Notes: a model not told the origin generated them from the sequence alone. A stretch of DNA of 64,000 bases from Acidobacteriota bacterium (GCA_029263295.1 JAJCXT010000055.1:17085-81084), one strand, 5' to 3'; shown: positions 45,861 through 55,724, counted from the stretch's first letter. Made by a program: numbers and translations.

Positions 45861-47360
45861 ATGAGAGAATCGAACGACACGCGCAACCAGCCCACCGGAC
45901 TGGTGCGTGAACTCGGCCTACTCGGACTCGCGGCCACCGGCATCTGCTCGATGCTCGGGGCGGGCATCAACGTCATGCCCTTCATGCTGCAGCGCAATGT
46001 GCCGGACATCGGGCCCTGGGTGCTGCCCGCGTTCCTCGTAGGCGCGATCCCGGCGGTACTCGCCGCCCTTGCCTACGCGGTGCTCGCCTCCGCGATGCCG
46101 CGCGCCGGCGGCAGCTATATCCACGTGAGCCGAGCGCTGAACCCGTACCTAGGCTTCATCGCCAGCTTCTCGCAGTGGTTCGGCCTTTCGATCGTGGTCG
46201 GCGTGGTGTCCTACGTGATGGTCCCGTTCCTCCGCGATGTCGCAGCAGCGGTGGGCTACGACGGGCTGGCTGGGGCGCTGGAGACCGGACCGATTCGAGT
46301 GGGACTCGCCCTCTTGTTCCTCTGGCTCTTTGTCGCGATCAACGTTCGCGGCGTGAAGCTCTACGAGCGCACGCTGGTGCCGTTGATGGCCGTGATGTTT
46401 CTGCTCGGCGGCATCGTCATCGTCGCCGGTTTCTCGTTCGACCAGGAGACCTACCTGCGTGCGATCGAGGCCTCCGGCGCCCAGGTTCCCGAGATGACCG
46501 ACATCCCGTTCCGGTGGAGCGCCTTCCTGAGCGCCTCGGTCATATTGTTCGCGAGCTTCATCGGCTTCGACTCGATAGCCCAGGCCGGCGGCGAGGCACG
46601 CAACCCGGGGCGCGCGTTGCCGGCGGCAATCGGTATCGCCATATTCGTGGTGGGAAGTTTCTACGTGCTGTTCACGATGGCCGTATATCACACGGTGCCG
46701 TGGCAATACGTTGCGCAGGAAGCGGCTCTTCGCGATGTGACCGCCCCCGGGCTGCTGGGCGTCGTGCTGTCGCCCGGGTGGACCGTCGCCATCGTCGGTG
46801 GGGCTGCCATCGCGCTGCTCAACGACCTGCCCGCCATGCTCTTGTCATTGTCGCGCCTGATGTTCGCCTGGGCCGAGGACGGTATCTTTCCGAGCCGCCT
46901 CGCCGTGGTTCACCCACAGCACCACACGCCCCACATCGCGATCATCGCCAGTGGCGCAATGGCCTCCGCCGGAGTCCTGGGCAGCCACTTCGCGGGCGAT
47001 TTCTTCCTCGGCGTGGACATCATGGTCACATCGATGCTCGTGAACTTCGCGCTCATGTGCGTCGCGGTGTTGACCCTGCCGCGGCGGAACCCGGAGATCG
47101 CAGCACGCATAGAGGTGTTCCGCGACGCCCGCCTGCGCGCGCCGCTGGCGGCGACCGGGGCCTTGATCCTCGTCGCGTTCCTGATGATCCACATCTGGAA
47201 GGACCTGAACACCGACGTGGCCGCCTGGTACTTCCACTCCACCCCTGTTTGGTTGATCGTCATGGCTGTCGGCACCCTGATCTACCTTCGTGAGCGGGCC
47301 GCACTGCAACGCGCCGGCGTCGATCTCGACCAACGCTTCCGCACCCTGCCTCCGGAGTAG
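45861..47360 (+). CDS. APC-superfamily amino acid permease
   Basis: LVRELGL..., MLGAGI, LASAMPRAGGSY, FIGFDSIAQAGGEARNP, SRLMFAWAEDG.FP, HHTPH; about 12 TM. Confidence 0.92.
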   Translation: MRESNDTRNQPTGLVRELGLLGLAATGICSMLGAGINVMPFMLQRNVPDIGPWVLPAFLVGAIPAVLAALAYAVLASAMPRAGGSYIHVSRALNPYLGFIASFSQWFGLSIVVGVVSYVMVPFLRDVAAAVGYDGLAGALETGPIRVGLALLFLWLFVAINVRGVKLYERTLVPLMAVMFLLGGIVIVAGFSFDQETYLRAIEASGAQVPEMTDIPFRWSAFLSASVILFASFIGFDSIAQAGGEARNPGRALPAAIGIAIFVVGSFYVLFTMAVYHTVPWQYVAQEAALRDVTAPGLLGVVLSPGWTVAIVGGAAIALLNDLPAMLLSLSRLMFAWAEDGIFPSRLAVVHPQHHTPHIAIIASGAMASAGVLGSHFAGDFFLGVDIMVTSMLVNFALMCVAVLTLPRRNPEIAARIEVFRDARLRAPLAATGALILVAFLMIHIWKDLNTDVAAWYFHSTPVWLIVMAVGTLIYLRERAALQRAGVDLDQRFRTLPPE

Positions 47361-47366
47361 CCAAGA

Positions 47367-48803
47367 ATGGTCGATCGTCACCAGCTCGCGCCGGGCCTGG
47401 AAGTCTCGCGCGTCATCACCGGACTCTGGCAGGTGGCCGACCAGGAGCGTGGCGGCAGCACCCTGGACCCGGCTGTTGCCGCCGCGGCGATGCGCCCCTA
47501 CGTTGAAGCGGGCTTCACCACCTTCGACATGGCCGATCACTACGGGTCCGCGGAGGTGATCGTCGGCGCCTACGACAATAGGCCGCCGGCCGAAGCTCTG
47601 ACGAAATGGGTTCCTGAACCCGGCGCGATCGACCGCGAGACGGTGCGTGCCGCGGTGCAGCGCGCCCTCGATCGCCTGCGGTGCGATCGCGTCGAACTGT
47701 TGCAGTTCCATTCCTGGAACTACTGGGACCCGAGTTATCTCGATGGCCTCCAGTACCTGCGGGAGCTCTGTGACGAAGGCCTGATCCGACATCTGGGTAT
47801 GACCAATACCGACGCCGCCCACATGCGGATGTTGCTGCACTCGGGCGTCCCGGTGGTCACCAACCAGGTGTGCTTCTCGCTCCTCGACCAGCGGCCGAAG
47901 CAGGCACTCACCCAACTATGCGCGGACCACGACCTGTCACTGCTCGGCTACGGCACCCTGGCCGGTGGCTTCCTCACCGACCGGTGGCTGGACGAGCCGG
48001 AGCCGGAGGCCTTAGAGACCTGGTCACAGATGAAGTACAAACGCTTCGTGGACGCGGCCGGCGGCTGGGATGGCCTGCAGACAGTGCTGCGCGCCGCTCG
48101 CGCGGTCGCCGACCGGCACGAGGTCACCATCGCCAATGTGGCCTGTCGCTACATCCTCGAGCAACCGGGAGTGGCGGCGATCATCATCGGCGCCCGGCTC
48201 GGTTACAGCGAACACATCGCGGCCACCGCGCGACTGTTCGAATTCGCGCTGAGCGAGAGCGATCACGCTGAACTCGAGGCCGCTATCGCCACGCTCGATC
48301 CCATTCCCGGCGACAGCGGCGACGAATACCGTCGCGCGCCGTTTCTGACCGCCACCGGCGACTTGAGCCACCACGTAAAGGGATTCCCGCCCGCCTACGC
48401 CGTGCAGCCGCGGAGCGCTGGCGGCCAGCAGGTTCTATCGGGCACCGTCTGGGAGGATCTCGCGGGCTTCAGTCGTGCCGTGCGCCGCGGCAACCGGGTC
48501 TGGATATCGGGAACAACCGCCACCCACGGTGACCGGGTGATCGGTGGCGCCGACCTGGCGTCGCAGACCCACTTCATCATCGACAAGATCGAGGGCGCCC
48601 TGCAGTCGGTTGGCGGCCGTCTCCAGGATGTCGTGCGGACACGCGTCTATCTGCGCAACGGCGAGGACTGGGAACCAATCTCACGGGCGCACGGCGCCCG
48701 ATTTAGAGCCATCCAGCCGGCCAACACGCTGGTCCAGGCGCCGCCGATCGGCGACGAGTACCTGGTAGAGATCGACGCCGAGGCACTGCTGACCGAGGAG
48801 TAG
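47367..48803 (+). CDS. Aldo/keto reductase fused to a C-terminal Rid (YjgF/YER057c/UK114) domain
   Basis: AKR: GLWQ, FDMADHYG, TKW, LLQFH.W, NQV..SLLD.RP, YGTLAGGFL, IIGARL. Rid: SGTVWE...GFSRAVR.G...ISGTTA...DVVRTRVY...AHG..F....PANT...VEIDAEA. Confidence 0.88.
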   Translation: MVDRHQLAPGLEVSRVITGLWQVADQERGGSTLDPAVAAAAMRPYVEAGFTTFDMADHYGSAEVIVGAYDNRPPAEALTKWVPEPGAIDRETVRAAVQRALDRLRCDRVELLQFHSWNYWDPSYLDGLQYLRELCDEGLIRHLGMTNTDAAHMRMLLHSGVPVVTNQVCFSLLDQRPKQALTQLCADHDLSLLGYGTLAGGFLTDRWLDEPEPEALETWSQMKYKRFVDAAGGWDGLQTVLRAARAVADRHEVTIANVACRYILEQPGVAAIIIGARLGYSEHIAATARLFEFALSESDHAELEAAIATLDPIPGDSGDEYRRAPFLTATGDLSHHVKGFPPAYAVQPRSAGGQQVLSGTVWEDLAGFSRAVRRGNRVWISGTTATHGDRVIGGADLASQTHFIIDKIEGALQSVGGRLQDVVRTRVYLRNGEDWEPISRAHGARFRAIQPANTLVQAPPIGDEYLVEIDAEALLTEE

Positions 48804-48838
48804 GCGACCAAGCCACGTACCCTCACGGAGAAATCGAA

Positions 48839-50590
48839 GTGAGCCAACCCCAGACGCGCCACGACCCATCTCGCCTATTTCACAGGACCGGTTCGACTCA
48901 CCTGCCGCGCGGCTGGCGGCCAGCACTCGCGGCGTTCTTGCTGCTGGCCATAGCCGTGGCCCTGCCAACGGCCTCCTCAGGCGCAACGCAGAACAGCTCC
49001 GCGACCGAACTCTCCGGGCTCATCGAGGAGAGCCTCGCCGTCCGAGTCCAAAGCCGCGCGGCCGAGGAATACGCGGCGGCCGTCGCCACGTACCGCAGTG
49101 TTCTGCGGCGACTCGATGCACTCGAGCGCGACTCGTTGTCACTCGACGACCAGGTGGACTACGACCTCTTGCGCGGTCACCTGCGCACTCGCATTTTTGA
49201 GTACGCCGAGATCGAGTTGTTCCGTCTGCAGCCGGTCGCGTACTTCGCGCTCGGAGCCACCAACAGCCTCTTTACGCGGCCGGGTGCGGTGGCAGACGCG
49301 GGTGTGCGCAACGCTGTTGCGGAGTTGCGGCGCCTACCCGAGATTCTCGCCAACGCCGAACTCAACCTCACGCGACCCGCGCGCGTGTGGACAGAAAACG
49401 CGATCTATCAGGCCTACTACGCGCGTATGCTGCTCGCCGACTTCCTGCCGGACGCAGTGGTCGACTCCGGCGAGTTGAAGACGGAACTGCTCGCCGCTGG
49501 CGGCGAAGCGCTGGCCGCCGTGGATACCTACGAGGCCTTCCTGCGCAACGAGTTGCTGCCGCGCTCCGATCGGTCGCCGGCGTGGAGCCCCGAGCAAATC
49601 GAGGTCTATCAGTTCGCCCACGAGTACCTCGACGACTACAGCGTCGACGAGATGCTGCGCGTGGCTAGGGAGGATGAACGCGAAACGCTGGCGGCCATGG
49701 AGGCGCTCGCGAAGAAGATCCATCCGAGCGGCGATCTGCGGACGGTCTGGGAGTTGATGAAAGAGGAAGCGCCGCCCTGGGAGGGCGTGCTTCCCATGGC
49801 ACAGCGCTTCGTCGACCTCGCCTCCGACTGGCTGCTCGATGAGGGCAGTCACGTGGTAACGATTCCCGACTACATCGACTACGGCGCCCGCATCACGACC
49901 CCGATGGCGAGGCGCACGCTCTCATTCGGCGGGGCTACCGGCGGCCCGACGGTGGCAGGACGACAGTCCGGCTACTACATCCTCACGCCACTGGAGGACC
50001 GCCTGAGTGCGGAAGAAAAAGCGAGCCGGATCAAGTCCTACAACCCCTACTGGACGCACGTCATCTCGTACCACGAGTGGCTTGGCCACAACGTGCAGAT
50101 CGCGGCCGCCAACGAGAACGTCACCCGGCCGATGCGGCGCGCGTTTCGCAGCATCTATCACAGCCAGGCGTGGTCGTTCTATCTGGAGAAACTGCTCGAG
50201 GATGAGGGTTACTACGACGATCGTCTCGACTACACCACGGCGCTCAAGACGAGCATGGCGAGGCTGCAGATGCGCATGTGGCGTATCCAGCGGATCCTCA
50301 CCAAGCTACGCATGGCCAGAGATGAAATGACGTTCGACCAAGCGGTGCAGGCCTACATCGACAAGATCGGCATGGAGTCGACGAACGCCTTCATCGAGGT
50401 GCAGCGGGACTCGCAGTCACCGTCACCGCCAGGCCGCGAGATCATCGGCGAACGCGAGATCTTGAAACTGCGTGACGAATACGCGCGCCGGATGGGCGAC
50501 CACTACACGCTCAAGCGATTCAACGACACGCTGATTTCGTACGGTGACCTGCCGTTCAGGCAGTTGCGTCGACTCATGTTCCGCGACTGA
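48839..50590 (+). CDS. DUF885-family-like exported protein
   Basis: Signal-like hydrophobic segment; YHEWLGHNVQ (HExxGH-like); C-terminal IGEREILKLR...LKRFNDTLISYG.LP. Start uncertain. Confidence 0.72.
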   Translation: MSQPQTRHDPSRLFHRTGSTHLPRGWRPALAAFLLLAIAVALPTASSGATQNSSATELSGLIEESLAVRVQSRAAEEYAAAVATYRSVLRRLDALERDSLSLDDQVDYDLLRGHLRTRIFEYAEIELFRLQPVAYFALGATNSLFTRPGAVADAGVRNAVAELRRLPEILANAELNLTRPARVWTENAIYQAYYARMLLADFLPDAVVDSGELKTELLAAGGEALAAVDTYEAFLRNELLPRSDRSPAWSPEQIEVYQFAHEYLDDYSVDEMLRVAREDERETLAAMEALAKKIHPSGDLRTVWELMKEEAPPWEGVLPMAQRFVDLASDWLLDEGSHVVTIPDYIDYGARITTPMARRTLSFGGATGGPTVAGRQSGYYILTPLEDRLSAEEKASRIKSYNPYWTHVISYHEWLGHNVQIAAANENVTRPMRRAFRSIYHSQAWSFYLEKLLEDEGYYDDRLDYTTALKTSMARLQMRMWRIQRILTKLRMARDEMTFDQAVQAYIDKIGMESTNAFIEVQRDSQSPSPPGREIIGEREILKLRDEYARRMGDHYTLKRFNDTLISYGDLPFRQLRRLMFRD

Positions 50591-50627
50591 GGCCGGCCGC
50601 GCCGCCGATCCCCGCCACCGGTGCAGG

Positions 50628-51878
50628 CTAGCGCTGGTCTCTCAGGATGCCCGCGGCTCGTGTCGGATCGCCATCGTTCGCGGCAGGCTCGATACCGAGA
50701 GCTGCTGCCAGGATGTTGTAGATGTCGACACCCGGTAGGCGGTCGGCTGTTGTTCCCGAGTCGAACGCGGGCCCGGCAGCGATGAAGATCCCGTGCATGT
50801 CCAAGTGAGACGGGTCCTGGCCGTGATCACCCACGACGGCCCAGCCACCTTCCATCACCGCGCGTGGCAGCACCTCCCAGCCCGGATCGGGTGAGCCCAT
50901 GATCGGCGCCAGCCGGGGATTTTCGTAGAGGTGGAATTCTGGGGGCGCCTCGTCGGGACGGAAGATCTTGAGGTTTGGGTGGGCCCCGACCAGCGCATCG
51001 TAGATCTCGTCTTCTCGGCCTTCCGCCGGAAAGATCTGCAGCAGCGCGCCGATCTCGAAGATCTCCTCGCGCGATAGCTCGACGTAGTCATCAAGGACGA
51101 TGATGCGCTCGTCGGCATTCAGTGCCATGCCGTGATCCGACACGACGACGATGTTCGTACTCTCGAGCATGCCGCGCTCCGCCAGCCCGTCGAGCAGTCT
51201 GCCCAGCGCCGCGTCTACCGCGGTGGCGGCTGCCAGCGCTTCCGCGGACTCCGGGCCGTAGTCGTGGCCGGCCGTGTTCGGTTCATCGAAGTACAGAGCG
51301 ACGAAGTCCGGCCGCTCGCCCGCCGGCTGCTCGAGCCAGCCGAGCGCGGCGTCTACTCGGTGTTCCCATGTAACGGTTCCGTCGTAGGGAAACCAGACGT
51401 CGGGCTGCATGCCCTGCACCGGCGCCTCGGAACCGGGCCAGAAGTACACGGCAGTGCCCAGTCCCTGCTTCTGGGCGGTCACCCAGATCGGTTCACCACC
51501 CCACCAGCGCGGGTTGTTCACCTGATCACGCTCGCTCAGGCCAAACGGTTCCGGCCAGCGCGGGTCGCGCATGTTGTTGGAGATGATGCCGTTGTGGCCC
51601 GGATGCAGACCAGTGGCAATGGCGTAGTGCGAAGGGAACGTCTTGCTCGGGAATACCGGGATCATCCCCTCGGCTCTTACGCCGGCCGCGATGAGTCGGT
51701 CGAGGTTGGGCGTATGGGCAAGATCTGGATAGTCCCAGCGAAAGCCATCCATCGAGATCAGGATCAGCGGGTTCGGTTCGGACGCCGGCGGCCGCTCGGC
51801 CGTTGCGCAGCCCGATGCGAACGGGGCCAGGAGCACGAGAGCCGCGGCGAAGTAGCGAAGCGCGCGTGTGACTTTCAT
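50628..51878 (-). CDS. Nucleotide pyrophosphatase/phosphodiesterase (alkaline phosphatase superfamily) lipoprotein
   Basis: Lipobox ASGC; LILISMDGFRWDY, FPSKTFPSHY.IATGL...HGI, GEPIW, GHDYGP, VVSDHGM, GDHG. Confidence 0.93.
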   Translation of the reverse strand: MKVTRALRYFAAALVLLAPFASGCATAERPPASEPNPLILISMDGFRWDYPDLAHTPNLDRLIAAGVRAEGMIPVFPSKTFPSHYAIATGLHPGHNGIISNNMRDPRWPEPFGLSERDQVNNPRWWGGEPIWVTAQKQGLGTAVYFWPGSEAPVQGMQPDVWFPYDGTVTWEHRVDAALGWLEQPAGERPDFVALYFDEPNTAGHDYGPESAEALAAATAVDAALGRLLDGLAERGMLESTNIVVVSDHGMALNADERIIVLDDYVELSREEIFEIGALLQIFPAEGREDEIYDALVGAHPNLKIFRPDEAPPEFHLYENPRLAPIMGSPDPGWEVLPRAVMEGGWAVVGDHGQDPSHLDMHGIFIAAGPAFDSGTTADRLPGVDIYNILAAALGIEPAANDGDPTRAAGILRDQR

Positions 51879-51947
51879 GCCTCTCGTTGTACCAGACCCA
51901 GCAGGCACTCGGTGCCACCCACCAGGATCCGTCATCGCAGGAGTGAA

Positions 51948-53450
51948 CTACCTGATTACGAAACGGCCGTGTTGCGTGGGCACGTGGATACCCGGCCCGG
52001 TCGGCACATCCTCGTCCGCAACGTGGTGATACACCACTATCAGGCCCGCATCGATAGCCTGGCCCGCGTCCAGCACGGTCCGCAGCAACCACGGCGTTAC
52101 GAACGCCACGTCCAGATCTCGCTCCCGCAGTACTTCCTCTGTGCTCTGGGTGTCGCCGCTAAAGTAAATGCGCCGGCCGCCCCACAGCACCCGGTACGAG
52201 ATGTGGGCATCGGTGTGGGGCGTGACGACTGGCTCCACCTCGATACCACCGTAGCGAATCGAGTTCTCCCACTGCAGGACGCGGTCGGGGTCGACGACGG
52301 CCGCAATGTCTGGATGCGCGATCAGCTTCAGCTCAGTCCTGGAGAACGTCCGAGCGTCCCAGTGATCCGCATGTTCATGGGTGATCAAGGCCACACCCTG
52401 TTCGACGTCGTCCAGCGCATCCCTGGAGTACTCCATGTATCCGGAAGCCCCAGATTGGTACGGGAAGTCCGTGTACATGGTGTCGAGGCCATCGCTCAAT
52501 CGCATGGCCGCGTTGCCGATAAAGTCCACCTCGATCGGCAGCGGGTCACCCGCCAACGCCCGACTCGAGGCCACGACTCGATCCCAGTCCGTGTCAACGT
52601 AGTCGAAATCGAGAGGCACCCGGAGCCGCTGTTCGATCGCTAGAAGGTCGTCTCGTAGCGGGGAGACGCCACGCTCGGAGCGGCCCCAAGGCGAAGTGGT
52701 CACCGCGGCCGGAACTGTGACGAGCGCTTTGCGGGCCGTGGCGATCGACACCGAGGAGCCGTCATCAGCCACGGCCATGCGCACGCTGCGAATCTCCGCC
52801 AGCCCGATCACGGCAAACAGGGCCCCGAGTGAGCCCGTCAGCGGACGCACCTTCGAACCACGAATGTCGTCGTGGAAGACCTGATCGCCGAAGTCCATGA
52901 GGCGAAAGGTGACGACGCTGTCGTTGTGTACCAGCACCGCGGGTTCCGCGAGCCGGTCTTCGTAGCTGTAGCTGTCCGCGGCGCCGTCGCGCTCCTCGAA
53001 AGCGAGCCGTACGTTCATGGCGAGGTCGGGCATGCGGCCCGCCTTGAGCCGCTCGATTACGGCGCCCTCACGCAGATCGAGCAGCGCGTCCTGCCCGTGT
53101 TCGCGTATCAGGCGCATGAACTCCGGCACCTCGCCGTCGCCCAGGCCGGAGTACTGCCGGAACGCCTGGTACCAGTCCTCGTGGCCAATCAGCACAATCT
53201 CGGCGCCCAGGGCGTCTCGCGACGTCCTCGCCAGACGTAGGTAGACATTGGCCTGAAATCGTCCGCTATTCGCGGTCGTGGCGGCGTCATAGTCGCGTTC
53301 GGGACGCATCGCGGCCAGAATGTTCGCGCGCGAGGCCTTCACCACGACGCCCTGCGGCCGGGCCGATCGCGGTACCGTGCCGTCGGCAGACCCTGCCAAC
53401 AGCATCATCGCGGCGAACGCCGCCAGGACTCGAGAACTACCGATCTTCAT
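51948..53450 (-). CDS. Exported two-domain protein: unrecognised N-terminal domain + C-terminal MBL-fold hydrolase
   Basis: Signal peptide; the C-terminal ~190 aa have FIGNAA, TDFPY, ITHEHADH, TPH...H.SY, YFSGDT. Confidence 0.75.
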   Translation of the reverse strand: MKIGSSRVLAAFAAMMLLAGSADGTVPRSARPQGVVVKASRANILAAMRPERDYDAATTANSGRFQANVYLRLARTSRDALGAEIVLIGHEDWYQAFRQYSGLGDGEVPEFMRLIREHGQDALLDLREGAVIERLKAGRMPDLAMNVRLAFEERDGAADSYSYEDRLAEPAVLVHNDSVVTFRLMDFGDQVFHDDIRGSKVRPLTGSLGALFAVIGLAEIRSVRMAVADDGSSVSIATARKALVTVPAAVTTSPWGRSERGVSPLRDDLLAIEQRLRVPLDFDYVDTDWDRVVASSRALAGDPLPIEVDFIGNAAMRLSDGLDTMYTDFPYQSGASGYMEYSRDALDDVEQGVALITHEHADHWDARTFSRTELKLIAHPDIAAVVDPDRVLQWENSIRYGGIEVEPVVTPHTDAHISYRVLWGGRRIYFSGDTQSTEEVLRERDLDVAFVTPWLLRTVLDAGQAIDAGLIVVYHHVADEDVPTGPGIHVPTQHGRFVIR

Positions 53451-53502
53451 GATGGTTTTCTATTGTGGACGCATGTTGCGGGCGACGCACGCCGACGAGC
53501 AC

Positions 53503-53531
53503 GGAATGGAATCGCCGAACACGTTGTCAAA
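53503..53531 (+). promoter_or_regulatory. Candidate ECF-sigma autoregulatory promoter
   Basis: GGAATGG-N16-GTCAAA, the same geometry as the RpoE-type GGAACTT-N16-GTCAAA, 15 nt before the sigma ATG. Confidence 0.5.
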
Positions 53532-53546
53532 GGCCCGACCCTGTTG

Positions 53547-54146
53547 ATGACTCCCCCCGCGTCCGTCCGGCGAACTCGCGAAGACGATCTCCGACTCGTG
53601 CGGCAGGCGCATGCAGGGGATGAGAGCGCTTTCCGAGAGATCGTCGAGACCTACGAGGGTGCTGTGGCTGCCACGGTGATCGGCATGCTGGGACCTGGCG
53701 GTACCGCGGATGATGTCGGCCAGGAGGTGTTCGTCCGGCTGTGGAAGTCGTTGCACAAGTTCCGCGGCGAGGCCGCGCTAAAGACCTACCTCACCCGCAT
53801 CGCCATCAATCTCTCACTGAACGAACTCAAGCGCCGCAAGCGCTTCATCGATCGCTTCATGAGCCGCGACCGTGATGAGGGTCAAGCTCCCCTGATCGAA
53901 CCCGCGGCCGATGGAGTGGCAGCCGTGGATCGACGCGACACCAGACGTGTCGTTCAGGCGGCGATTCAGCAACTCAAGGCAGAGCACCGGGCCGTCGTCG
54001 TGCTGCGCATGCTAGAGGGGCATGACACCAACGCAGCTGCCGAGATTCTCGGTGTTCGGCCAGGCACGGTAATGTCACGTTTGTCGCGAGCCATGCAAGC
54101 CTTGAAGCCACTGCTGGCAGACCAGTTGGAGAGTCCCGATGAATGA
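53547..54146 (+). CDS. ECF RNA polymerase sigma factor
   Basis: GDESAFREIV..., ADDVGQEVFVRLW...FRGEA...TYLTRIAIN (region 2); R.VVVLR...G.....AEILG...GTVMSRLSRA (region 4). Confidence 0.93.
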   Translation: MTPPASVRRTREDDLRLVRQAHAGDESAFREIVETYEGAVAATVIGMLGPGGTADDVGQEVFVRLWKSLHKFRGEAALKTYLTRIAINLSLNELKRRKRFIDRFMSRDRDEGQAPLIEPAADGVAAVDRRDTRRVVQAAIQQLKAEHRAVVVLRMLEGHDTNAAAEILGVRPGTVMSRLSRAMQALKPLLADQLESPDE

Positions 54147-54468
54147 ACCGCACGACAAAGCGCTGGAAAAGCTGCTGCGCATAAGCCGCAGCACCAGCTT
54201 CGGGCCGGGCTTCGCTGATCGGGTGATGCGCCGCGTAGATCGCGAGCAGGCGGGCCCGTTCGCGGCGATCATGCCGACCGAGTTCTTCCGCCTGGCTGTT
54301 GTCGCGCTGGTGATCGCGGTCGCGCTGATCACGTTCAACATCGCCGGCAAGGCGGCGGACAGCTCACAGACGACGCTCGAGGCGGTACTCGGGCTGCAAC
54401 CGCTCACCGCCGACGCCGTGTACGACCCGGTGGCGGTCTTCTCGGCTGAAGGTGCGACGACATCATGA
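54139..54468 (+). CDS. Putative single-TM anti-sigma factor
   Basis: Overlaps the sigma stop; FGPGFADRVMRR motif followed by one TM helix. Confidence 0.65.
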   Translation: MNEPHDKALEKLLRISRSTSFGPGFADRVMRRVDREQAGPFAAIMPTEFFRLAVVALVIAVALITFNIAGKAADSSQTTLEAVLGLQPLTADAVYDPVAVFSAEGATTS

Positions 54469-54887
54469 CCCCGCGCACGCGCTCCTACCTGCTCCTCGGC
54501 GCCACGCTGGTGATCGGGATCGTCCTGGGGGCTCTGTTGGTCGGAGCCCTCGGCCAGTTTCGCGCCGGTCGTATCGAGGGCATGCGTGACCGGGACGGCT
54601 TCGTTCGCGACATCCAACGCATGATCCAGCCTCGCGACGACGCTCAGAGGGCAACGCTACGTCCGATCATCGAGGCCACTGCGACGCGCAATCGGCAGGT
54701 CATGGACGACTTCAACGATCAGATGCGAGCCGCGCTGGCTGAACTCGTCGCCGAACTCGAGCCGCACCTGGACGAGGAGCAGATGGCGCGTCTGCAACGC
54801 TTCGCCGACCGCCCACCGCCACCCGGAGGCCCCGAGGGCCGCGGCGGGCCAGGAGGTCGCCGGCCACCGCCCCCAAAGAGGCGCTAG
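54465..54887 (+). CDS. Membrane-anchored helical periplasmic protein (Spy/CpxP/heavy-metal-sensor-like)
   Basis: ATGA overlap; N-terminal TM; helical Q/R-rich body; HLDEEQ motif similar to LTxxQ. Confidence 0.6.
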   Translation: MTPRTRSYLLLGATLVIGIVLGALLVGALGQFRAGRIEGMRDRDGFVRDIQRMIQPRDDAQRATLRPIIEATATRNRQVMDDFNDQMRAALAELVAELEPHLDEEQMARLQRFADRPPPPGGPEGRGGPGGRRPPPPKRR

Positions 54888-54920
54888 CCAGACAGCCCGG
54901 ATGGACGGGATCCGCCGACC

Positions 54921-55508
54921 CTAGGAGGCCGTGTCGAACGCCATTACGCGATCCATCCAATCGACGACCTGTGGGGCCAGCTCTTCCCGGTCGCAGAATC
55001 CGTAGCCAGACCCGCGGAACACCACCGGAGCGGTCGTCACATCGGCCCCCGTCATCGATTCGCCCACGAGCCAACGACGACCCTCCAGGACAGGCGCCAA
55101 CTCAGCCGCTGCGCCCTTGAACGCTGCCTGCGCAGCATCGAATACCGCCGGATCATCGCCGCCCTCCAGACGGTGATTCACCACTCGTACCAGCGGTGCG
55201 AGCAGTTTGGCGCGACCAAATGTCTCCCAGCCCTCGATTGCAACGAGGGTTTTGCGATTCCCGGTAAACAGCCGTGGAGCCGCGGGGAAGTTGGCATCGA
55301 GGTACCGGAGGATGGCGCCGGAATCGAATAGGAGCACGTCACCGTGGCGCATGACCGGCGTGAGGGGCTGGCCGGTGAGGTTCACAACCTGATCACGGTC
55401 GTGCGGATCGATATCGTGAAAATTGTATGACAAGTCCTTATATTTCAGTGCGATACGGACCTTCATGTTGTTGCTGGTCTCGAACCCGAACACTTCGATC
55501 GCTGCCAT
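54921..55508 (-). CDS. Glutathione S-transferase family protein
   Basis: KVRIAL..K, GQ..TPV, LFDSGAILRYLD, WLVGESMTGADV; AGGAG SD. Confidence 0.85.
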   Translation of the reverse strand: MAAIEVFGFETSNNMKVRIALKYKDLSYNFHDIDPHDRDQVVNLTGQPLTPVMRHGDVLLFDSGAILRYLDANFPAAPRLFTGNRKTLVAIEGWETFGRAKLLAPLVRVVNHRLEGGDDPAVFDAAQAAFKGAAAELAPVLEGRRWLVGESMTGADVTTAPVVFRGSGYGFCDREELAPQVVDWMDRVMAFDTAS

Positions 55509-55724
55509 GTGCACTTCTCCTGATGTCTGCGTCCGGGCGATGACTGCTCAAACGCTGGCCTGAATGTAGCCGGGGAGCGTCCCTGACGCTGCCCGACCGG
55601 CCTCTCCGATACCGGAAATCCCTTAGAGCCATATAGAAAAAAAGGCGCCAGGGGGGTCGACAATGCCGCCCTGACCGGTCAGCCTGTCATCGGGTTGTGT
55701 TTCACATTTTCTACGGGGGATTTT

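Noticed and set aside
45627..46009. Mutually overlapping N-terminal extensions of the GH113-like and APC ORFs
   Set aside because: Artefacts of choosing the most upstream start; promoter-like boxes and domain boundaries place both starts outside the overlap.
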